From Candidatus Omnitrophica bacterium UBA6253 (GTDB lineage: Bacteria > Omnitrophota > Gorgyraeia > Gygaellales > Profunditerraquicolaceae): a stretch of DNA of 64,000 nt. This document shows positions 9,399-19,843 of the stretch, in pieces; position 1 is the first letter of the stretch; every line of letters begins with the position of its first letter. The stretch is taken from positions 12,817-76,816 of the forward strand of contig DJVP01000009.1 of the NCBI GenBank assembly GCA_002441245.1. The letters are read 5' to 3'. The translations under genes and the position numbers were made by a program. Under the pieces are notes generated by a model. That model had not been told where the DNA came from and made no database searches. It saw only the letters and a list, made by a program, of their open reading frames with translations.

Positions 9399-10294
9399 TA
9401 AAAATGCTTAAAACCTTTAAGCTTAAGTCTAGAATATTTGTTTTTATGGTTAATCGACCTCAACCCGAATGAAACAGGCATAATCTCCCCTATCAGCCTA
9501 AAACCATATTTTGAACACCTGATTATCTTACTGGCCTGGTCTCTCGAGGCAGTAAAAAGCAGCTCAAATTCCTCTCCGGAACAAAGCGCCTCATCTACCC
9601 CCCCGGCCTCTTTACTTAAAGGGATAAGGCTTTCAAATAAAACAGCCCCGGCAGAACTTTGCTCTAATATATGCCCCAAATCCTGTATCAACCCATCGGA
9701 AACATCGATCATAGAATTAATCTTAAAATTATCCACCAGGAAACGCGCCTCTTTTAAACGAGGGGTAAATTCTAGATGCTTACCCTTGATTGATCCGCCA
9801 AAACTGCCTGTTACCATAATAATATCACCGGTCTTTGCTCCCCGGCGAAGGCAAAGCTTATGCTTCTCAACCTCTCCCAACATACTCACATCAATAATTA
9901 ACTTGGAAGAGGCGCTGATATCCCCCCCAACAATATTGATTTTGTATTTTCTTGCCAAACCGAATATCCCTTTAGCCAAAAAATCCGCCTGGTTAACCTG
10001 CATATTCTTTGGCAAACCCAATGACACTACCGCATGCCTGGGAAGGCCTCCGCAGGCGGCAATATCGCTTATAGATATAGCCAGGGCCTTTCTGCCTACC
10101 GCTTCCAGATTATCAGCTTTTTTAAAATCTACACCCTCGATAATCATATCACAGGTAAATAACTGATACATAGACTTATTCAGATGCAGGACCGCACAGT
10201 CATCTCCGCTGCCCCTTAAAACTGAAACGTCAGTTTTGATTTGTTTCTGGAATCTCCTGATTAAACCAAATTCGCCGATCTCTTTTAAGTGCAT
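9398..10294 (-). CDS. thiL: Thiamine-monophosphate kinase
   Basis: MHLKEIGEFGLIRRF...GDDCAVL AIR-synthase-related fold, typical of the ThiL N-terminus. Confidence 0.75.
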   Translation of the reverse strand: MHLKEIGEFGLIRRFQKQIKTDVSVLRGSGDDCAVLHLNKSMYQLFTCDMIIEGVDFKKADNLEAVGRKALAISISDIAACGGLPRHAVVSLGLPKNMQVNQADFLAKGIFGLARKYKINIVGGDISASSKLIIDVSMLGEVEKHKLCLRRGAKTGDIIMVTGSFGGSIKGKHLEFTPRLKEARFLVDNFKINSMIDVSDGLIQDLGHILEQSSAGAVLFESLIPLSKEAGGVDEALCSGEEFELLFTASRDQASKIIRCSKYGFRLIGEIMPVSFGLRSINHKNKYSRLKLKGFKHF

Positions 10295-11352
10295 TTATTA
10301 TCCCTAAGGATTCTACTGATATTCTTAATATAAGGCGGTTTGATAATCCCTCTATCCGTAATAATCGCGCTGATCAACTGATGCGTAGTAACATCAAAAG
10401 CAGGGTTAATTACATCAGCTCCGGCAGGCGCGATACTTTTTTTAAGCAGGATCTTGATGACCTCCTGCGGATTACGCATTTCAATCTTGATATCTTTGCC
10501 GCTTTTTATCTTAAAATCGAATGTACTCTTTGGGGCTGCGATATAAAAAGGTATTTTATGGTATTTACATAAGATTGCCAAATTTAATGTCCCGATTTTA
10601 TTAGCTGAATCACCATTGGCGGCAATACGGTCTGCTCCAGCAATTACCAAATCTATCTTTTTTTCAGCCATAAGAGAAGCCGCTGTATTATCCGCGATCA
10701 TCGTAACATCCACCCTCCGTTTATAAAGCTCCCAAGAGGATAGCCTGCTGCCCTGCAGCAAGGGGCGCGTCTCGCAAGAAAATACTTTTATTCTTTTACC
10801 TTGTCCGCAGGCAGAATAAATAACTCCCAAGGCGGTGCCATAATCAATCGTAGCCAGTATCCCGGCATTACAGATCGTCAAAACCCTATCGCCGTACTTA
10901 AGTAACTTGGCCCCCTGAAAACCAATTTTACGGCAAGAGGAGATATCCTCCTGCATAATCTTCTCGCCCTCTTCCAGGATAGCTTTCTTGATTCTAGAAA
11001 CAGGCTGTTTATTATTATCTAAAGCAACCCCACAGGCCCTTTCTATGCCCCAAAAGAGGTTCCTGGCTGTCGGACGGGAGCTGGCGATATATTTTGCTGT
11101 TGCCTTTAATTGATGGCTGAATCCCGACCAATCAGAACCCGGATAATTCCTTATCCCTAAATATACGCCTAAAGCTGCGGCAGCACCCAGAGCCGGAGCT
11201 CCGCGTACCTGCATTATTTTGATTGCCTGCCACAAATCCTCCACCTTGCCGATATTAAGATAAGCTAATTTCTGCGGCAATTTAGTCTGATCAATAATCC
11301 TAATCTCGTTATTCTTCCAATCTATTGTGCGGATATGCATTCTACAACCCAA
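10285..11352 (-). CDS. mtnA: S-methyl-5-thioribose-1-phosphate isomerase (eIF-2B family). The true start is probably the internal MHIRTIDW, at ~11340.
   Basis: IRIIDQTKLP...VRGAPALGAAAALG signature. Confidence 0.7.
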   Translation of the reverse strand: MGCRMHIRTIDWKNNEIRIIDQTKLPQKLAYLNIGKVEDLWQAIKIMQVRGAPALGAAAALGVYLGIRNYPGSDWSGFSHQLKATAKYIASSRPTARNLFWGIERACGVALDNNKQPVSRIKKAILEEGEKIMQEDISSCRKIGFQGAKLLKYGDRVLTICNAGILATIDYGTALGVIYSACGQGKRIKVFSCETRPLLQGSRLSSWELYKRRVDVTMIADNTAASLMAEKKIDLVIAGADRIAANGDSANKIGTLNLAILCKYHKIPFYIAAPKSTFDFKIKSGKDIKIEMRNPQEVIKILLKKSIAPAGADVINPAFDVTTHQLISAIITDRGIIKPPYIKNISRILRDNKCT

Positions 11353-12460
11353 TTAATTTAGCCAATATGCTTTTCTTCACACCTATAGCCGCAGCCGGAC
11401 AAGACTCCTGGCAGCAGAAACAGGCAATACACTGTTTATAATTAAAAACTATGCCTTTCTTCTTAAGCATGATACATTTTTTCGGGCAGATATTTACGCA
11501 ATGCCCGCAACGCGTGCATTTCAGACGCAGAGAATAGGGATAATACCTGATCAACCACTTAAGTATAATTTTAAAGGCATCCGGAAGATTATTTAATTTT
11601 GATGCCTGAGGTAAAATGAAAGGACGGATATTCAGCTTATCGATACCCTCTCCTTCTATCTTAATTTTACTCAGATTGTCTTCGCCTAATCCGCGCAACG
11701 CCGCTTCCCTGGTTGATAAAACCTCCTGGTGTTTAATACCCATTATCCTGGCCATTACTGTATCTAACGCTACACAATCAGAGCCGGCAAGTAAAAGATT
11801 AAGCTGCCGTACCTTACCGCTGGTTCCCGGGCCTTCCCCTTCCATAGCTGATATCCCGTCAATAATTGTTAAGGCGGGCCTGGCCTCTTGATATATATCC
11901 GCAAGGATCTTTACGAACTCAGACGGTTTAAAATAATTCTTATGCAACTCGGTTTTATATGTTCCCGGGATTAATCCAAAAAGGTTTTTAATCGCGCCGG
12001 TAATTAGCGTAAACCCGTGAGTCTTGAACTTAGGCAGGTTAATCAGATAATCACACTCATCCAGCCAACTGGTAAGCGGAAATTTATCGCGCATCCTGCG
12101 TTTGTCAAAATTAACCAGTTCTACTCCCTCATCATGAGCAACTTTCTTTATACCGGTAACCTCATAAACTTCATCTACATTTTCAATATACTCCCCCCAT
12201 ACGCTGGGGCCATCACCGATAACCACACGGCAATTAATTTCTTTTAAAATATGTATCACCGAGCTTACTACCTGCGGATGAGTGGTGATTGCGTATTCAG
12301 GCCCCTTGGACATCAAAAGATTGGGTTTTACCAGCACGCGGGAGCCGGGTTTGACAAAACAGGTTATGCCTCCCAAGAGATCAACCGTTCTCCTTTCTGC
12401 CTGTTCCACAGCAAGCGATTCATAACTATTGCATTTAACTATGGAAATCTTGGCATTCAT
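11342..12460 (-). CDS. DUF362-domain protein with a C-terminal 2x[4Fe-4S] ferredoxin domain
   Basis: N-terminal KISIVKCNSYE...; C-terminal CTRCGHCVNICP and CIACFCCQESCP cluster motifs. Confidence 0.6.
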   Translation of the reverse strand: MNAKISIVKCNSYESLAVEQAERRTVDLLGGITCFVKPGSRVLVKPNLLMSKGPEYAITTHPQVVSSVIHILKEINCRVVIGDGPSVWGEYIENVDEVYEVTGIKKVAHDEGVELVNFDKRRMRDKFPLTSWLDECDYLINLPKFKTHGFTLITGAIKNLFGLIPGTYKTELHKNYFKPSEFVKILADIYQEARPALTIIDGISAMEGEGPGTSGKVRQLNLLLAGSDCVALDTVMARIMGIKHQEVLSTREAALRGLGEDNLSKIKIEGEGIDKLNIRPFILPQASKLNNLPDAFKIILKWLIRYYPYSLRLKCTRCGHCVNICPKKCIMLKKKGIVFNYKQCIACFCCQESCPAAAIGVKKSILAKLIGL

Positions 12461-13218
12461 CCTATTTTAAAGAAGCCCTTGGCATTTCTGGTTGTTTTAT
12501 CCGCTATCTCCTCAACGCTGGCCCCCTTGATCAAGCTAACTGTCTCAGCCAATAATTTTATATGCATAGGTTCATTACGCTTGCCGCGAAAACCTTCGGG
12601 AGATAAATATGGAGCATCAGTTTCAAGCATCAGCCTATCAAGCGGAGTAAGCTTAACCATATCCCTTAATCCCTGGGCCTTTTTATAGGTGATATTACAG
12701 GTAAAAGATATAAGAAAACCCAAATCTAAACAAGCCCTCAGGAAAGCTTCATCACCGGAAAAACAATGTATTACCGCTTTAACAGGCATAGCGGTTTTTA
12801 AAACCTGCACAACCTGCTCATCTGCCTGGCGGCTATGTATTACCAAGGGCAATTTTAAATCTTTAGCTAACTTAATCTGCCTGCCGAAAGCATGCAATTG
12901 TTTCCCTTGAGAGGATAAATTACGGTAATAATCAAGTCCTGTTTCTCCAATAGCCACAACTTTATCCTTTAAAGCCAGCCCCCTTAGCCTATCTTCTGCT
13001 TCCTGATTAAAGCTATCTGCGTCGTGCGGGTGCACTCCTACGCTGGAGTAAACTTGTGCATATTTTGATGCTAATTCACAGGCGGCGCTTGAAGAATCCA
13101 GGGTGGCGCCGATATTCACAAAATAATTTATTCCGGCATCCTCGGCGCGCCGGATAACCTCATTGCGGTCCGCATCAAACTCTGAAAAATCAAGATGGCA
13201 GTGTGTATCAACTAACAT
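12457..13218 (-). CDS. tatD: TatD-family metal-dependent hydrolase/DNase
   Basis: MLVDTHCHLDF... and the conserved His/Asp pattern. Confidence 0.8.
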   Translation of the reverse strand: MLVDTHCHLDFSEFDADRNEVIRRAEDAGINYFVNIGATLDSSSAACELASKYAQVYSSVGVHPHDADSFNQEAEDRLRGLALKDKVVAIGETGLDYYRNLSSQGKQLHAFGRQIKLAKDLKLPLVIHSRQADEQVVQVLKTAMPVKAVIHCFSGDEAFLRACLDLGFLISFTCNITYKKAQGLRDMVKLTPLDRLMLETDAPYLSPEGFRGKRNEPMHIKLLAETVSLIKGASVEEIADKTTRNAKGFFKIG

Positions 13219-13229
13219 ATGGCATGAAA

Positions 13230-14735
13230 TTATTTCTTTTTGGTCTCAATACGAGGAAATAAGGGATTGCCTTTTTTTATTTTATCCTCCCCAAACTGTT
13301 CCTGGATCAACGAGGCAGTCTGAGGAATAAAAACTTCCAGTTGCCTGGATACCGACCTGATAACATCAACTAATAAACGGATAAATTCTTTCAGTTCTTC
13401 AAGCTTATTTTCTTTGGCCAAATTCCAGGGTTTGGTTTCTTCAACATGCTTATTAGCCATACCAATCAATTCCCAAATAGCTTCCAAAGCCAAACTAAAA
13501 TCCTGTTCATCTAAAGCTGAATTGACCCTTGTCTCCAGCTGTTGGATTTTGGATAAAATATCAATGACCTTCTGGCTATCCTTGAGTTTATTAAGATCAA
13601 GACAGGGAATATTGCCATTAAAATACTTCTCGATCATGGTCAAGGTACGGTAAACCAGGTTCCCCAGGTCATTTGCCAAATCGCTATTATAGCGTTTAAT
13701 TATCCCCTCTTCTGAAAAATTGCCATCTAAGCCAAACGGCACATCCCGAAGGAGGAAATATCTATACGCATCAAGGCCATATTTTTCCACCATCTCAAGC
13801 GGATTAACCACATTGCCGCGAGATTTTGACATTTTATCTTCATTGATCATCCACCATCCGTGTGCAAACACTGCCCGGGGGAGCTCAATATTTAAAGCAT
13901 GCAACATGATAGGCCAATAAACTGTATGTTGCCTTAAAATATCCTTGGCCATAAGGTGTAATTCTGCAGGCCACCATCGAGAATAATACTTATCCTCCTT
14001 ATCAAATTCACCAACTGCGCTAATATAATTAACCAAAGCATCAAACCAAACATAGGTCACATGTTCAGAAGCAAAAGGCAAGGGTATGCCCCAATTAAGC
14101 CTCTCCTTAGGCCGCGAAATACACAGGTCATTTAATTTGTTTAATTCCAAAAACCTTAAGGTCTCCTCATAACGGCTGGCGGGTTTAATAAAATGCGGGT
14201 GTTTTCTAAGAAAATCCAAAAGCCAATCCTGATATTTAGATAACTTAAAAAAATAATTGATCTCAACAATATGCTCAACCGGCCTACGGCAATCCGGGCA
14301 TAAGCCACCCATAGCCTGAGACTCAAGCCAGAATGTTTCACAGGGAGTACAATATAACCCCTCATATTTACCTTCGTAGATATCGCCTTTTTTAAAAAGG
14401 ATCTCCAGGCTTTTCTGCACAACCCTGACATGGCGTTCTTCGGTAGTACGGATAAAATCATCATAAGAAACATCTAAGGATTTCCAGAGGTTCCTGAATT
14501 GCTGACTTGTTTGATCTACAAAACTCTGCGCGGAAAGATTAGCGGCGTCGGCGGCTTTTTGGATTTTTTGGCCATGTTCATCAGTCCCTGTAAGAAAACG
14601 CACATTTTCATTTCCTAAAACACGGCGCTTAAACCTGCTCAAAACATCAGCCGCAATAGTAGTATATGAATGCCCGATATGCGGAGAGGCATTTACATAA
14701 TAGATAGGAGTAGTAATGTAAAACTTATCTACCAT
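13230..14735 (-). CDS. metG: Methionyl-tRNA synthetase
   Basis: Class I HIGH motif (PHIGHSYT) and KMSKS motif. Confidence 0.85.
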   Translation of the reverse strand: MVDKFYITTPIYYVNASPHIGHSYTTIAADVLSRFKRRVLGNENVRFLTGTDEHGQKIQKAADAANLSAQSFVDQTSQQFRNLWKSLDVSYDDFIRTTEERHVRVVQKSLEILFKKGDIYEGKYEGLYCTPCETFWLESQAMGGLCPDCRRPVEHIVEINYFFKLSKYQDWLLDFLRKHPHFIKPASRYEETLRFLELNKLNDLCISRPKERLNWGIPLPFASEHVTYVWFDALVNYISAVGEFDKEDKYYSRWWPAELHLMAKDILRQHTVYWPIMLHALNIELPRAVFAHGWWMINEDKMSKSRGNVVNPLEMVEKYGLDAYRYFLLRDVPFGLDGNFSEEGIIKRYNSDLANDLGNLVYRTLTMIEKYFNGNIPCLDLNKLKDSQKVIDILSKIQQLETRVNSALDEQDFSLALEAIWELIGMANKHVEETKPWNLAKENKLEELKEFIRLLVDVIRSVSRQLEVFIPQTASLIQEQFGEDKIKKGNPLFPRIETKKK

Positions 14736-15531
14736 GCTCTTTTTCCTTATAGTTTACCTCTAAGAATCCGCCTTCTTCAAGCTGGACAGTAACTACTCGC
14801 TTAAAAACATTGACATTAATAACCTTGCCCTTGCCCTGGGCAGTATTTAAATGCTCGCCCTCCCTGGGCAGGCCTTTTGAAAGCAATTTATAGGTTTCAT
14901 ACTCATAAGAAAGGCAGCACATAAGCCGGCCGCATAAACCGGATATTTTCGGAGGGTTTAATGAGAGCCCCTCTTCCTTGGCCATCTTTATAGTTACCGG
15001 CTCAAAATCCTTCAGGAATCTTTTACAGCAAAGCTCGCGTCCGCATGAACCATAACCGCCAAAAAGCCTGGCCTCATCCCTTACTCCGATCTGCCTTAAT
15101 TCAATGCGCGCTTTAAATATCTTGGCTAAATCTTTAACCAGATTACGGAAATCTACGCGTCCGTCGGAAGTAAAATAAAATAAGATCTTGGATCGGTCAA
15201 AAGAATACTCTGCCTTAACCAATTTCATATCCAGCTTGTGTTCAGCTATCTTCTTTTCGCAGGCACTATATGCCTCCCTGGCTTTTATACAATTATCTTC
15301 TACCTGTTTTAAGTCGCTTTCCTTGGCCAGGCGGATTATTTTCTTCGGTGGTTCTTTAGAGTTGCCTTCAGCGCAGCAATGCGCCTGATGCGGCAAAATA
15401 ACAGAGCCATAATCCATGCCCCTATCATGCTCTACAATTACACAATCCCCGACCTTTAAAGTTAAATTGCCGGCTTGATAGAAGTGTATCTGGCCGGAAT
15501 TCCTAAGTTGCACCAAAATCATGCCTTCCAT
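14725..15531 (-). CDS. ricT: PSP1-domain protein (RicT/YaaT-like)
   Basis: PSP1 C-terminal conserved region; conserved position between holB and metG, as in the Bacillus yaaT locus. Confidence 0.65.
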   Translation of the reverse strand: MEGMILVQLRNSGQIHFYQAGNLTLKVGDCVIVEHDRGMDYGSVILPHQAHCCAEGNSKEPPKKIIRLAKESDLKQVEDNCIKAREAYSACEKKIAEHKLDMKLVKAEYSFDRSKILFYFTSDGRVDFRNLVKDLAKIFKARIELRQIGVRDEARLFGGYGSCGRELCCKRFLKDFEPVTIKMAKEEGLSLNPPKISGLCGRLMCCLSYEYETYKLLSKGLPREGEHLNTAQGKGKVINVNVFKRVVTVQLEEGGFLEVNYKEKEHGR

Positions 15532-16478
15532 AGTTGCGCTCCTAAGTTATGCAGAAGTAATTTACTGTTAATGTTACTTTCTAAATAAAACAGGCTTTCC
15601 GAGATCGCCGTTAACACACCATCGAGATACTTAAAAGAAAATTCGAGTTTTAGCTTCAGTAAATCATTTTTTCGGTCTAGATGTATCAACTCTCTATCCG
15701 GCAATCCCGCCTTAAGCAAATATACATCCCTGAACCATGAAGCCAGGATATTTAAAAAACTGTGCAATTGTTCTTTGCTCTGGCCTGTCAAATTATGGTC
15801 AAACGCTTTACCAGAAAGAACAAAATAATCAAATATCCTGTTTTTCTCCTCAAATACCCCGGAATCCTTTAGCCTAAGAGCCAACCCCAGCCTTCCTTCA
15901 GAATAAAAGCTAAGAAAATGAGCAAAGAGCCGTTCAACAAAATAATTCTTAATCAAAATATCCTCTAACGCAGCTACTGCCAAAGGAGAAAATCTTATGA
16001 CCCTGCAGCGCGAAAGAATAGTCTTAAATATTCTCTGCGGCTTATGTGTAACTAAAATAATTAAACTGTCCGCAGGCGGCTCTTCCAGGATCTTAAGCAA
16101 GGAGTTTGCCGATTCAGGATTAAGCCTATGCGCGTCATCAATAATAAAAACCTTCATTACCCCTTCGTACGGCCTAAAACTTGCTTGGCGCTGTAAAGAA
16201 CGGATATTTTCAATCTTAATTTGCGAGGTGTCACTTTCAATAATACAAAGGTCAGGATGCTGCAGTTTTTCCATTTTTAAACATGAACTGCAATTGCCGC
16301 ACGGCTTCTGGCTTAAAGCTGTGCAATTTAATTTCTGGGCAATTATTTTAGCGACTGTCTTCTTGCCGATACCCTCCGGACCGCTAAAAATATATCCACC
16401 GGAAAAACATGATTTTTCTATATAAGCATTTATGATATTTAACGGTTTTTCATGCCCCAGGATATCATTAAAGCGCAT
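15519..16478 (-). CDS. holB: DNA polymerase III delta-prime subunit
   Basis: AAA+ clamp-loader fold (FSGPEGIGKKT) with a CGNCSSC zinc module; it follows tmk. Confidence 0.75.
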   Translation of the reverse strand: MRFNDILGHEKPLNIINAYIEKSCFSGGYIFSGPEGIGKKTVAKIIAQKLNCTALSQKPCGNCSSCLKMEKLQHPDLCIIESDTSQIKIENIRSLQRQASFRPYEGVMKVFIIDDAHRLNPESANSLLKILEEPPADSLIILVTHKPQRIFKTILSRCRVIRFSPLAVAALEDILIKNYFVERLFAHFLSFYSEGRLGLALRLKDSGVFEEKNRIFDYFVLSGKAFDHNLTGQSKEQLHSFLNILASWFRDVYLLKAGLPDRELIHLDRKNDLLKLKLEFSFKYLDGVLTAISESLFYLESNINSKLLLHNLGAQLWKA

Positions 16479-17073
16479 CGGTTAACTTTCTGATGTTATT
16501 TTGAGTGGTTAATTTATCGGGTTGCACTTTGACAATCTTAATCCTTTTAGGCTCAAGCCTGGCAAGCTTAAGATACCCCTTCCTTACCATTTCATGATAT
16601 TTAAAAGAGCGCTGTTCAATGCGGTCTTTGCAGCTATGGCGATGCTCAAGCCCCTTCCTTACCGGCAAGTCCAGGAAAAGAGTAAGATCCGGCTTTATTC
16701 CCAAAGTTGCGAATTTACCGATATATTTAATCATGCCTATATCTACCCCTAAACCAAACCCCTGATAGGCAATAGTAGAATCCAGGAAGCGGTCGCAGAT
16801 GACAATCTTGCCGGCGTTTAACGCAGGCTGAATAATATCCCTTACTACCTGGGCGCGGGCAGCCATATAAAGCAGGGTTTCCGCCTCAGGGGATATCTTG
16901 CTTTCAGGATTAAGTAAAATCTCCCTTATCTTCTCGCTTAATTTAACCCCTCCGGGCTCACGCAGATATATTACTCTTAAGCCTTTGGATTTTAGGTAAC
17001 GATAAAGCATCTCTGATTGAGTACTCTTACCGCAGCCCTCAGAACCTTCAAATGAGATAAATTTGCTTTTCAT
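16468..17073 (-). CDS. tmk: Thymidylate kinase
   Basis: FISFEGSEGCGKST P-loop and LREPGG motif. Confidence 0.85.
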   Translation of the reverse strand: MKSKFISFEGSEGCGKSTQSEMLYRYLKSKGLRVIYLREPGGVKLSEKIREILLNPESKISPEAETLLYMAARAQVVRDIIQPALNAGKIVICDRFLDSTIAYQGFGLGVDIGMIKYIGKFATLGIKPDLTLFLDLPVRKGLEHRHSCKDRIEQRSFKYHEMVRKGYLKLARLEPKRIKIVKVQPDKLTTQNNIRKLTDAL

Positions 17074-17150
17074 GCCAATATCTTAAGCGGGTACTATCTT
17101 GGTCTGTTTCTCGCCGCACTCCGCGGCTCGAATTCAACCCAAGCCACCCG
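17074..17150. repeat. Degenerate member of the GC-rich intergenic hairpin repeat family (gccaat...gcggg, tcgccgc-actcc-gcggc).
   Basis: Shares the hairpin-1 module and the GCCAAT loop motif with the elements at 25.1 and 31.6 kb. Confidence 0.35.
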
Positions 17151-18593
17151 CTATAACTTTTTTCTCCAGGTTGTTTTCCCATCTTTAGTATCTTCTAAAA
17201 TTATACCCTGCCCTTCTAAATTCTTCCTGATTTTGTCAGCCAAAACATAATCTTTGGCTTGTTTGGCGTTTGTTCTATCTATAATTCTTGCCTCAATCTC
17301 ATCCTGACCAATTTCTGTTACTTCATGGTTATTTTCAAATACAAAACCAAAAACATTTTTTCCCAAATCCCTAATTACACCCTCTGCTTCATTAATTATC
17401 TGGACATATTCATCACTGCCAGCTCCCGAATCAATAAATTTATTAGTATCGCTAACTAACCCAAAAAGACTAGCCAAGGCATCAGGAGTATTAAAATTAT
17501 CATCCATTGCCTCAATAAAATTATTCTTGTTCTTCTCAATGAAATCTGCGGCCTTTCTTATCCCGCTTATGCAAGATTTCCTTGCCTTCTGGGTATTATG
17601 AAAAAGCATTTCAAACCTCTGCGTCGCCTTATAAGCATCGTCTAATTTTCTCTCTGTAAAATCCATAGGATTAGAATAATGTGTCTGTAGATATAAGATC
17701 TTTAAGGCATCGACCGGATACTTACTTAATACATCGTTTATAGTTATAAAATTACCCAGCGACTTGGACATCTTCTGGCCGTTGATAGTAAGCAGGCCAT
17801 GGTGTATCCAGTAGCGGGCGAATTTCTTGCCTGCGCCCTCGGACTGGGCTATTTCATTTTCATGATGCGGGAAAATAAGGTCAAGGCCGCCGCCGTGAAT
17901 GTCAAATTCATCTCCTAAAATATCCGAGCTCATTACAGAGCACTCAATATGCCAACCCGGCCTCCCCTTTCCCCAGGGGCTATCCCAGGCAGGCTCTCCG
18001 GCTTTGGCGGATTTCCATAAAGCGAAATCAAGCGGGTCTTTCTTTTTCTCGCCAAGGGCAACCCTTGCCCCTGATTCCATTTTTCCTATCGCTTGATTGG
18101 ATAATTTTCCGTAATCCCTGGCTTTCTTAATATCAAAATATACGTCCCCTTCGGAAATATAAGCTGTATCCCTGCCAATCAAATCTTGAATAAATTTAAT
18201 CATCTTGGGGATATAATCGCTCGCCTTGGGCTCAACAATTCCATTCTCCTCTATGCCTAAGTTATTCAATGCATCATGGTAAGCCGAAAGGTACTTATCC
18301 GCCACTTTCTTAAAACTCGTGTTTAAATCTTCACCTGGCAATTCTTCCTTTGCCTTATTGATAATCTTATCATCAACATCAGTAACGTTGCGGACAAATG
18401 TAACCTCATAATCTTTATAGACTAGATAGCGCTTGATAACATCAAATATATACGCACTCCGTGCATGCCCGATATGCGGCTGGTCATAAACCGTAGGCCC
18501 ACAAACGTACATCTTGATCTCTTTCGGCTTTAGGGGAACAAGTTCTTCTTTTTTCCTTGAAAGGGAATTATATATAAAAATAGGCATGGACAA
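17151..18593 (-). CDS. cysS: Cysteinyl-tRNA synthetase
   Basis: HIGH motif (PHIGHARS) and KMSKS motif; 480 aa. Confidence 0.85.
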   Translation of the reverse strand: MSMPIFIYNSLSRKKEELVPLKPKEIKMYVCGPTVYDQPHIGHARSAYIFDVIKRYLVYKDYEVTFVRNVTDVDDKIINKAKEELPGEDLNTSFKKVADKYLSAYHDALNNLGIEENGIVEPKASDYIPKMIKFIQDLIGRDTAYISEGDVYFDIKKARDYGKLSNQAIGKMESGARVALGEKKKDPLDFALWKSAKAGEPAWDSPWGKGRPGWHIECSVMSSDILGDEFDIHGGGLDLIFPHHENEIAQSEGAGKKFARYWIHHGLLTINGQKMSKSLGNFITINDVLSKYPVDALKILYLQTHYSNPMDFTERKLDDAYKATQRFEMLFHNTQKARKSCISGIRKAADFIEKNKNNFIEAMDDNFNTPDALASLFGLVSDTNKFIDSGAGSDEYVQIINEAEGVIRDLGKNVFGFVFENNHEVTEIGQDEIEARIIDRTNAKQAKDYVLADKIRKNLEGQGIILEDTKDGKTTWRKKL

Positions 18594-18660
18594 GCACCTT
18601 ATAGCTTTTGTCTTGCGTAATCCCCGTGAGCGTCAGCGAACTACTAACGGGAAAAACATT

Positions 18661-19341
18661 CTATTTCTTCTCTAAATCCTTAACTCTATCCTGCAGTTCT
18701 TCAATTGTCTGCATGATCGGATCCAGTATACGCGCATGGTCTAAGCTTACATCCATCTTCTTACCGTCCTGCTTGGTAATCCTCCCCGGTACACCCACTA
18801 CCGTGGAATTCGCCGGCACATCTTTAACCACTACCGCATTTGCGCCAATATACGAATTATCTCCAATAGTAATATTGCCTAAAACTTTTGCCCCGGCACC
18901 GATAACAACATTATTACCAATGGTTGGGTGGCGTTTTCCTTTAACAATCCCTGTGCCCCCTAAGGTAGCCCCCTGATAAAGCAGGACATCATCCCCGATA
19001 ATCGTTGTTTCTCCGATAACCACGCCCATACCATGGTCAACAAAGAAACGCTTGCCAATCCTGGCTCCCGGGTGAATCTCGATCCCCGTTACAAGGCGTG
19101 CCAGCTGTGATAATGCCCGGGCAAGAAAAAATAAATGTACCCGATACAATGCATTGGCAATACGATAATAGATCAAGGCGTGCAGCCCCTGATAAAGCAG
19201 GATTATCTCTAAGAAACTTTTTGCCGCGGGGTCTCTTTTCTGCGCCGCCCTGATATCCGAATAGAAAAATATAGAAATAAGCGCAAGCTTAACCGCAACA
19301 AGTATTGCCAAGATTATTATTATATTTATAGCGCAAACCAT
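18661..19341 (-). CDS. cysE: Serine O-acetyltransferase
   Basis: Left-handed beta-helix hexapeptide repeats; N-terminal SAT helical region. Confidence 0.75.
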   Translation of the reverse strand: MVCAINIIIILAILVAVKLALISIFFYSDIRAAQKRDPAAKSFLEIILLYQGLHALIYYRIANALYRVHLFFLARALSQLARLVTGIEIHPGARIGKRFFVDHGMGVVIGETTIIGDDVLLYQGATLGGTGIVKGKRHPTIGNNVVIGAGAKVLGNITIGDNSYIGANAVVVKDVPANSTVVGVPGRITKQDGKKMDVSLDHARILDPIMQTIEELQDRVKDLEKK

Positions 19342-19363
19342 ATTACCTCCCGCATATCCTTGA

Positions 19364-19843
19364 CTAATCCTTAACTAAAGAAGCTAGCGCGTAACAGGAA
19401 ATTGCTTCATTATTGCCTACAGATCCTAAGCCTTCGTTTGTTTTTGCCTTTATGTTCAGGATATCTTCCTGAATCTTCATCAAGGCGCAAAGTTTTTGTT
19501 TTATCTCTTTCTTAAAAGGCGTGAGCGCCGGCTCCTGGGCAATAATTACAGCGTCAAGGTTATTAATCTTATAGCCATTACTATCTACAAATCCTTTAAC
19601 TGTCTTAAGCAGCGAGCCGCTGTCGATCCCCTTATATTTAGGATCTGTATCGGGAAAATACTCTCCGATATCCCCTAACGCCAAAGCTCCCAGCAAGGCA
19701 TCGCAAAGCGCATGGATTAACACATCTCCATCAGAATGCCCCAAGAGGCCTTTATTATAAGGCACTTCCACTCCGCCTAAAAGTAACGGCCTGCCTGCAA
19801 CCAGACGATGAATATCATAACCTATGCCGGTTTTATACTGCAT
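19364..19843 (-). CDS. ispF: 2-C-methyl-D-erythritol 2,4-cyclodiphosphate synthase
   Basis: IGYDIHRL...GHSDGDV...HA..DA motif set. Confidence 0.85.
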   Translation of the reverse strand: MQYKTGIGYDIHRLVAGRPLLLGGVEVPYNKGLLGHSDGDVLIHALCDALLGALALGDIGEYFPDTDPKYKGIDSGSLLKTVKGFVDSNGYKINNLDAVIIAQEPALTPFKKEIKQKLCALMKIQEDILNIKAKTNEGLGSVGNNEAISCYALASLVKD

